A DNA stretch of 32,000 nt from Moraxella nasicaprae (lineage in GTDB: Bacteria > Pseudomonadota > Gammaproteobacteria > Pseudomonadales > Moraxellaceae). Made by a program: the position numbers and the translations under genes. The DNA lies in NCBI RefSeq assembly GCF_025643275.1, contig NZ_CP089977.1, forward strand, positions 450,001 through 482,000, written 5' to 3'. This document shows positions 27,592 to 32,000 of the stretch, in pieces. The first letter of the stretch is position 1; each line of letters starts with the position of its first letter. Under the pieces are notes generated by a model. It did no database searches and was not told where the DNA came from. It worked only from the letters and a program-made list of their open reading frames with translations.

Positions 27592-27972
27592 ATGCGTATC
27601 CATAAAATCGCCCTATCTGCCATGACCTTAGGTCTAGCTGTTGTTGCCACAGGCTGTGCAACTGTTTCTCAATCAAAGCAACCCATCGCTGCTGGTGCAG
27701 GCTTTGTGCCAAGTTTTCAGGTAGAAGTCCTGCCACAACGAGCCGCTTGCGAACGCAAAGGCTATGATGGCAATTTAGTACAAACCACCTGTGTGCAAAT
27801 TCGTCATGCTGGCAGTGATGAAGTTGTACTGCTAAAAACCGCCATTCAGGGTTTTGTCGCCACCGAGGGTGTGCATTATGTGCTAGACTTACGCCAAATC
27901 CCAACACCACGCACAGATTATGCAACACAACAGCCAATCTGGGCGTTAAATAAAATCATCAGCCAACAATAA
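27592..27972 (+). CDS. Small lipoprotein, DUF4377-like
   Basis: The start was trimmed to ATG 27592, which has an AAGGAA RBS. The lipoprotein signal is MRIHKIALSAMTLGLAVVATGC (lipobox VATG-C). The C-terminal IQGFVATEGVHYVLDL...ALNKIISQQ resembles the DUF4377 motif (from memory). Confidence 0.75.
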   Translation: MRIHKIALSAMTLGLAVVATGCATVSQSKQPIAAGAGFVPSFQVEVLPQRAACERKGYDGNLVQTTCVQIRHAGSDEVVLLKTAIQGFVATEGVHYVLDLRQIPTPRTDYATQQPIWALNKIISQQ

Positions 27973-27981
27973 TATTGGCAC

Positions 27982-28014
27982 AAAAAAAAGACAATCTTGG
28001 TGATTGTCTTTTTT
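27982..28014. terminator. Bidirectional terminator between the lipoprotein (+) and efp (-)
   Basis: The sequence is AAAAAAAAGACAATC-ttggt-GATTGTCTTTTTT between convergent genes. Confidence 0.8.
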
Positions 28015-28028
28015 ATACTCATCATACA

Positions 28029-28598
28029 TCAGACACGAGACAAGTATTCACCTGTACGAGTATCCACTTTAACCACTTCATTTTGTTGAACAAACAATGG
28101 TACACGCACAGTTGCACCTGTTTCTAGGCGTGCTGGTTTACCACCGCCACCAGAAGTATCGCCACGCAGACCTGGGTCGGTCTCAACGATTTCTAGCTCA
28201 ACAAAGTTTGGCGGTGTGACTGACAATGGAGCACCGTTAAACAAAGTGATGGTGCAAAGTGCGTTTGAGTTTTCTTTTAGCCATTGAGCCGCATCACCCA
28301 TCGCTGTCTTGTCCGCTTGCATTTGCTCAAAGGTCTCTGGGTGCATGAAGTGCCAAAACTCACCATCGTTGTACAGATAGTTCATTTCGGTATCAACCAC
28401 ATCAGCACCTTCTAGCGTATCGCCAGATTTGAAAGTTTGTTCAAGCACTTTGCCAGTACGCAAATTGCGTAGTTTTACACGGTTAAATGCCTGACCTTTG
28501 CCTGGCTTTACATACTCATTTTCGATGATTGAGCATGGGTTGCCATCAAGCATTACTTTTAAGCCTGCTTTAAAGTCATTGGTAGAAAAACTTGCCAT
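28029..28598 (-). CDS. efp: Translation elongation factor P
   Basis: The start was trimmed to ATG 28598 ([19 protein letters not shown]...), giving 189 aa. The conserved loop VKPGKGQAF carries the modifiable Lys. The gene is divergent from epmB, as in E. coli. Confidence 0.95.
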   Translation of the reverse strand: MASFSTNDFKAGLKVMLDGNPCSIIENEYVKPGKGQAFNRVKLRNLRTGKVLEQTFKSGDTLEGADVVDTEMNYLYNDGEFWHFMHPETFEQMQADKTAMGDAAQWLKENSNALCTITLFNGAPLSVTPPNFVELEIVETDPGLRGDTSGGGGKPARLETGATVRVPLFVQQNEVVKVDTRTGEYLSRV

Positions 28599-28752
28599 AA
28601 AAACACCTTTTATCAACAAAAGTACGCCAAGCCTTAAACTTGGCAATGAAAAAATGAGCCTTTATCAAAAAATACGCTATAATACACACGCAATTTTGAT
28701 ATAAAAACATTGCATTATATAAAGTTTCTATGATTTTTGTCAAAAAATAACC

Positions 28753-29793
28753 ATGAATTCTTCAAAAATTTTTCACAGCCAAACTCAAAATAACCCAAAC
28801 GACCCAGAAAACTGGCAAAAAGAGCTGGCCTGCGGCATTAGCGACATCGCCACATTATACCAAATGTTGGGCTTATCGTTACCAGACGATGTTCATACAC
28901 CCAAAAAATTTCCCCTAAAAGTACCGACCGCTTTTGTCGCCAAAATGCAATATGGCAACGAAAACGACCCTTTATTACGACAAATTTTACCCAGCAGTCA
29001 AGAGCAACAGCTCATTGATGGTTACACCACCGACCCTTTGGCTGAAAATCATCACAACCCCATCAAGGGGCTTTTACATAAATACAAAAATCGAGTGCTT
29101 TTGACCGTCACAGGAGCGTGTGCGGTGCATTGTCGCTACTGTTTTCGTCAGCATTTTGATTATTCGGCAAACATACCCACCAAAACCGTTTGGGATGAAA
29201 TCATCAATTATATCACCAATCATCAAGAGCTGACCGAAGTTTTGCTCAGCGGTGGCGACCCACTTAGTGTCAGCAATCGCAAACTGACTGATTGGTTTGG
29301 CACGCTATCAAACATCGCTCATATCAACACCATTCGGCTACACACTCGCCTGCCAGCGGTTTTGCCAAATCGCATCGATGATGCCTTACTGGATTTACTT
29401 GCCCATACCAATAAATCTGTGGTCATGGTGCTGCACATCAATCACCCCAACGAAATTGATGATGTACTCAAAGAAAAATGTCGTCTGCTTCGTCAAGCTG
29501 GCGTTACCTTGCTCAACCAGACCGTACTACTCAAAGGCATCAATGATGATGTTCAGACACTTTGCAAACTTAGCCATACGCTGTTTGAAGTAGGTATTTT
29601 ACCCTATTATTTACACATTTTAGACAAGGTGCAAGGTGCGGCACATTTTGACATCAGCATCGAACAGGCGGTCGATTTGTACTGGCAATTACTCGAAAAC
29701 CTGTCTGGCTATCTGGTACCAAAGCTGGTGCAAGAACTGCCCAATCGCCCTTACAAAACTCCTGTCAATATTCATCAGTCAAGATTAACATAG
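28753..29793 (+). CDS. epmB: EF-P beta-lysylation protein EpmB (lysine 2,3-aminomutase-like radical SAM enzyme)
   Basis: This 346-aa ORF has the radical-SAM motif CAVHCRYCFRQ. It shows extensive by-eye similarity to E. coli EpmB/YjeK (DPLLRQILPS, GLLHKYKNRVLL, SGGDPL, LLNQTVLLKGINDD, PYYLHILDKVQGAAHF, GYLVPKLVQE). Confidence 0.9.
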   Translation: MNSSKIFHSQTQNNPNDPENWQKELACGISDIATLYQMLGLSLPDDVHTPKKFPLKVPTAFVAKMQYGNENDPLLRQILPSSQEQQLIDGYTTDPLAENHHNPIKGLLHKYKNRVLLTVTGACAVHCRYCFRQHFDYSANIPTKTVWDEIINYITNHQELTEVLLSGGDPLSVSNRKLTDWFGTLSNIAHINTIRLHTRLPAVLPNRIDDALLDLLAHTNKSVVMVLHINHPNEIDDVLKEKCRLLRQAGVTLLNQTVLLKGINDDVQTLCKLSHTLFEVGILPYYLHILDKVQGAAHFDISIEQAVDLYWQLLENLSGYLVPKLVQELPNRPYKTPVNIHQSRLT

Positions 29794-29943
29794 CAATACT
29801 GCCGTGCGATTTAACCATGTGGGCAACACCATCTGATGCAACTTGATTGGTTTATTAACAAACAAATCAACTAGGCGTGATGGTTTTTGTCCAAGATTTT
29901 TGGGCATTGGCGAATATTTTTTTGTATTTTTTACAAAAAACAC

Positions 29944-29971
29944 TTGCAAAATACCAAAACTTTGGTAGAAT
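29944..29971 (+). promoter_or_regulatory. Candidate sigma70 promoter for tRNA-Val
   Basis: TTGCAA (29944-29949), a 16-nt spacer, then an extended -10 TGGTAGAAT (TAGAAT at 29966-29971), 13 nt before the tRNA 5' end. Confidence 0.6.
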
Positions 29972-29984
29972 AGCCATCACATTT

Positions 29985-30061
29985 AGGCGTATAGCTCAGT
30001 TGGTTAGAGCACCACCTTGACATGGTGGGGGTCGATGGTTCGAGTCCGTTTACGCCTACCA
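29985..30061 (+). tRNA. tRNA-Val (anticodon GAC)
   Basis: The cloverleaf was folded by hand. The acceptor stem is AGGCGTA/TACGCCT, the D arm is GCTC-AGTTGGTTA-GAGC, and the anticodon stem is CCACC/GGTGG with loop TTGACAT (GAC). It has a T arm with TTCGAGT loop and an encoded CCA. The core is nearly identical to E. coli tRNA-Val(GAC). Confidence 0.95.
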
Positions 30062-30071
30062 TCTTTGAACT

Positions 30072-30102
30072 CCTTAAAATCAATAATTTTAAGGGGTTTT
30101 TT
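30072..30102. terminator. Rho-independent terminator after tRNA-Val (hairpin usable from both strands)
   Basis: A 9-bp stem CCTTAAAAT (30072-30080) / ATTTTAAGG (30086-30094) is followed by GGTTTTTT. Confidence 0.75.
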
Positions 30103-30109
30103 CTTTATC

Positions 30110-30274
30110 TCAAAGAAAGTTCTTACAAAATAAATACCGTTCATGTTTATGCAAACCACAACCACCGACAATACACAGCAAGATTATTAAAAAAATAACA
30201 AAGCCAAAACCCATCACATCAGCACCACACCAAATAGCCACACCATCAAGACCACCAAATTTAGCCCAAATCAT
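30110..30274 (-). CDS. Possible small hydrophobic protein (54 aa, below the ORF-track cutoff)
   Basis: Hand translation gives MIWAKFGGLDGVAIWCGADVMGFGFVIFLIILLCIVGGCGLHKHERYLFCKNFL*. There is one clear TM segment. The local GC is higher than the surrounding AT-rich tract, and the ORF ends at the tRNA-Val hairpin. No convincing SD is present, so this is weak. Confidence 0.3.
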   Translation of the reverse strand: MIWAKFGGLDGVAIWCGADVMGFGFVIFLIILLCIVGGCGLHKHERYLFCKNFL

Positions 30275-30418
30275 CTAGGTATCATCAATAAAAATCTGTG
30301 GAACATTGTTTTATTAAAATGATTTATATATGTTAATTTTACTAAAACAATCGCACACTTTTTTCTCTTTTCAATCCTTACGGCATTGGCAAAACCTTGT
30401 AATAACTTTATTTGGCTG

Positions 30419-30455
30419 CTTTTCCACAAAAACTGTGGATAACTTTGTGGAAAAG
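30419..30455. promoter_or_regulatory. Triplet of DnaA boxes in a palindromic arrangement
   Basis: The boxes are TTTTCCACA (30420-30428, +), TGTGGATAA (30434-30442, the perfect TTATCCACA on minus) and TGTGGAAAA (30446-30454, TTTTCCACA on minus). The outer boxes sit in a perfect 12-bp inverted repeat, CTTTTCCACAAA (30419-30430) / TTTGTGGAAAAG (30444-30455). Confidence 0.6.
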
Positions 30456-30503
30456 TAATGATTTTTTGTTGGCAAACCCCTAATTTCAAGGCTTGACACA
30501 GAA

Positions 30504-30522
30504 TTGTACAAAATTTGTACAA
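30504..30522. repeat. Two copies of the 8-bp palindrome TTGTACAA spaced 11 bp centre to centre (candidate operator)
   Basis: TTGTACAA occurs at 30504-30511 and 30515-30522, immediately downstream of a perfect TTGACA hexamer (30493-30498). TACAAT lies at 30518-30523. Confidence 0.45.
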
Positions 30523-30664
30523 TTTGTTAATAAAATAAAAATTATTGAATATCAATAACTTATAATATATTTTTCAATGATGATTGACTTTTTTAAACCA
30601 AAGATATTTTACTTAGTCGCATGTCTTTAACACCATGTTTCACGGAGAAAAACTATTTTAAAGC

Positions 30665-30673
30665 TGTGGATAA
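30665..30673 (-). promoter_or_regulatory. Additional perfect-consensus DnaA box
   Basis: TGTGGATAA on plus equals TTATCCACA on minus. It lies about 230 bp from the triplet, across an almost pure A/T stretch (30525-30600). Confidence 0.5.
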
Positions 30674-31154
30674 TTTTTCAATCAATCTTAGATTATCTTT
30701 ATGAACTTGGTAGATTTACCAATTCATCAATGTCAATCTTTTGATGACAATCCACTTCTTGACCTGTCCATCAGAACATCAATTATGGGTGATTTATTTG
30801 GTGGTGCATGCCCTAAATGGCTTACTCACCGCATTCATTATTGGGCAATCTGGTGGCTGTTCTGCTGTATCGTATTGAATAAAAGCACGCATATAATCAT
30901 TGAGCAAAGCCAACCTGCCAGAAAATAGCCGTGTCAATGGAATATCTATCTGCATGGCACAATAAAGCTGTGCGTTATGCTTACATCAAACAAAGCAATG
31001 CTAAAAATCTGGCAAGTTTATTACATTTTTTCAACCATTTTGGCGTGCTTAGTAATACAAATGAAAACCATTGTCATTATAATCAAAAACACGCATCAAT
31101 GCGTACCGCTTTATTCATATATTCATCTTTGATAATACAGTAAGGAGATTTTTG

Positions 31155-31623
31155 ATGAAAAAATTATTCGCTCTAACCGCAGTCGCAGTCGTCGCCATCA
31201 CAGGTTGTGCCAATCAAAACACCAGACACCCAGATGCACCCACATCATCATGATGGCAAAATGCACGCCCATCACCATCATGGACACCATCACAAACATC
31301 ATGACAAACATGGCAAGCCACATCGCCCGCAGCACTATGCTTGTGATGCCAATGCAACCGTGCAAGCCAATTACAATCCAGACGCTGACAATGTTCAGCT
31401 TAGCGTTACCGCCCCTAGTTGGAATCTGACCAATCAAGCATTGACGCTTAACGCTGCACCAACAGCATCTGGCATGCGTTTTGTCAATGGCAATGATACA
31501 AATAGTTTTGAATGGCATGTCAAAGACCCTATCGGCATGCTGACCGTCAAGACAGGTGGACAAGAACACACGCTAAACTGCGAACTGACCGCACCAGTCA
31601 AACCAACCCAAGCAAAATCCTAA
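31155..31623 (+). pseudogene. His-rich MliC-family lipoprotein (lysozyme-inhibitor fold) with an apparent +1 frameshift between signal peptide and mature domain
   Basis: An AAGGAG RBS (31142-31147) precedes ATG 31155, which encodes the lipoprotein signal MKKLFALTAVAVVAITGC. That frame stops at TGA 31251. The body (track ORF 31207-31623) is in the next frame. It reads HPHHHDGKMHAHHHHGHHHKHHDKHGKPH, then an MliC-like pattern Y-A-C...ASGMRF...FEWHVKD...LNC. Confidence 0.6.
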
Positions 31624-31641
31624 GAGTGATTGAACACCAAT

Positions 31642-31672
31642 ATGCAGGCATACACCAATGTCTGCATTTTTT
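31642..31672 (+). terminator. Rho-independent terminator after the MliC-like gene
   Basis: The sequence is ATGCAGGCA-tacaccaa-TGTCTGCAT (one G-U pair) followed by TTTTTT. Confidence 0.7.
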
Positions 31673-31815
31673 ATACGCAAAATCATGGAAAGATTGAATG
31701 AATATTAGGCAAAAGATACCAAATCTAAACGATTTTTTGGACATTTATTATGACAAATGGCAACCTTTGGCATTATAATACCCTTTATCTTTTTTATCAT
31801 ATCAGTGGTATTATT

Positions 31816-32000
31816 ATGAAAACGATTGCTAAACTTGGCATATTGACCACCCTACTTGGTCTAAGTGCCTGCTCGACTGTCAATTTACCAGAATTGCCAA
31901 GTCTATCAAAAAAATCCACCCAAAGCTCTCTGCCAGCCATCACAGTCAAATCAGGTACACAGTCATACAGCCGTTTTGATGCTCAAACAGGTAGTGTTGC
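31816..32000 (+). CDS. Lipoprotein of unknown function, partial (continues beyond the window end)
   Basis: Hand translation from ATG 31816 gives MKTIAKLGILTTLLGLSACSTVNLPELPSLSKKSTQSSLPAITVKSG..., with lipobox LGLSA-C. The frame is open to the window end and is not in the ORF track because it is unterminated. Confidence 0.6.
   Translation, partial: MKTIAKLGILTTLLGLSACSTVNLPELPSLSKKSTQSSLPAITVKSGTQSYSRFDAQTGSV

Noticed and set aside
27338-27937. 199-aa ORF on the minus strand
   Set aside because: It overlaps the plus-strand lipoprotein gene, which has an RBS and a lipobox signal peptide, and it extends through the AT-rich lpxC promoter region. Its composition is implausible (many H, W, C, Q). 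It is antisense read-through noise.
30143-30190. Mini-ORF MFMQTTTTDNTQQDY with four consecutive Thr codons, reminiscent of a thr-operon leader peptide
   Set aside because: There is no downstream threonine biosynthesis gene and no alternative terminator/antiterminator structure. It lies antisense to the 54-codon hydrophobic ORF. It is most likely coincidental.
30504-30522. TTGTACAA repeats as a LexA/SOS box
   Set aside because: The sequence does not fit CTGT-N8-ACAG spacing, and no SOS-type gene is adjacent.
30290-30680. Interpreting the DnaA-box cluster as the chromosomal origin oriC
   Set aside because: No dnaA, dnaN, rpmH or mnmG flanks it. tRNA-Val, epmB and ileS on the left are transcribed toward the locus, which would be head-on with a leftward fork. 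I also see no set of repeated AT-rich 13-mer-like elements. I cannot compute genome-wide GC skew from one window, so this is deprioritised and not excluded.
30271-31143. Track ORFs 30271-30555 (-), 30701-30928 (+) and 30931-31143 (+)
   Set aside because: Their translations are typical of AT-rich non-coding DNA (rich in F/N/K/I/L/Y, with Cys/Trp/His clusters). They lack Shine-Dalgarno sequences. The first reads straight through the DnaA boxes and palindromes. I recognise no domain motif in any of them.
29985-31150. A genomic island or prophage remnant integrated at tRNA-Val
   Set aside because: There is no integrase or recombinase ORF. I found no direct repeat of the tRNA 3' end (for example TTCGAGTCCGTTTACGCC) anywhere downstream in the window. 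The AT-rich tract could be degenerate foreign DNA, but nothing in the sequence demonstrates that.
1-32000. CRISPR arrays, IS elements/MITEs, rRNA genes, tmRNA, RNase P, SRP RNA and known riboswitches
   Set aside because: I scanned the intergenic regions by eye. I found no regularly spaced direct repeats, no terminal inverted repeats bracketing a transposase, and no conserved core motifs of these RNAs. The only RNA gene I can support is tRNA-Val. Manual scanning has limited sensitivity for riboswitches and sRNAs.

Overview
This is about 32 kb of a moderately AT-rich gammaproteobacterial chromosome. Gene content and order look Moraxellaceae-like (Moraxella, Psychrobacter or Acinetobacter type); that is inference, no search was run. 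The window is mostly core housekeeping. It holds a partial alanine/cation symporter, a RutG-like NCS2 permease, and ileS-[esterase]-lspA-fkpB. It also holds a PlsC-family acyltransferase, slyD, an M61 aminopeptidase, rluE and a large OmpA-domain membrane protein. Further genes are a rhomboid protease, a 3-hydroxyisobutyryl-CoA hydrolase-type enzyme, yaaA, a membrane-anchored thermonuclease, ftsH-rlmE and yhbY. The last part has a secreted CHAP-like hydrolase, a DUF721/DciA-like protein, lpxC, efp/epmB, tRNA-Val(GAC) and an MliC-like lipoprotein. Convergent gene pairs are separated by clean bidirectional A-run/hairpin/T-run terminators. I found no CRISPR array, IS element, transposase, integrase, prophage or recognisable multi-gene defence system, so I do not claim a novel multi-gene system. 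The most unusual signal is a roughly 1 kb gene-free AT-rich tract just downstream of tRNA-Val (about 30100-31150). It carries a tight, partly palindromic cluster of consensus DnaA boxes, an IHF-like site and twin TTGTACAA palindromes, with no dnaA, dnaN, rpmH or mnmG nearby. Secondary items are listed here. (1) An orphan AT-rich ABC half-transporter has a strikingly abbreviated ATPase domain. (2) An AT-rich esterase gene splits the conserved ileS-lspA pair. (3) A His-rich MliC-like lipoprotein has its lipobox signal peptide in a different frame from its body. (4) The OmpA-domain protein contains an internal tandem duplication. The ORF track translates GTG and TTG starts as M, so several starts were trimmed to better-supported ATGs.
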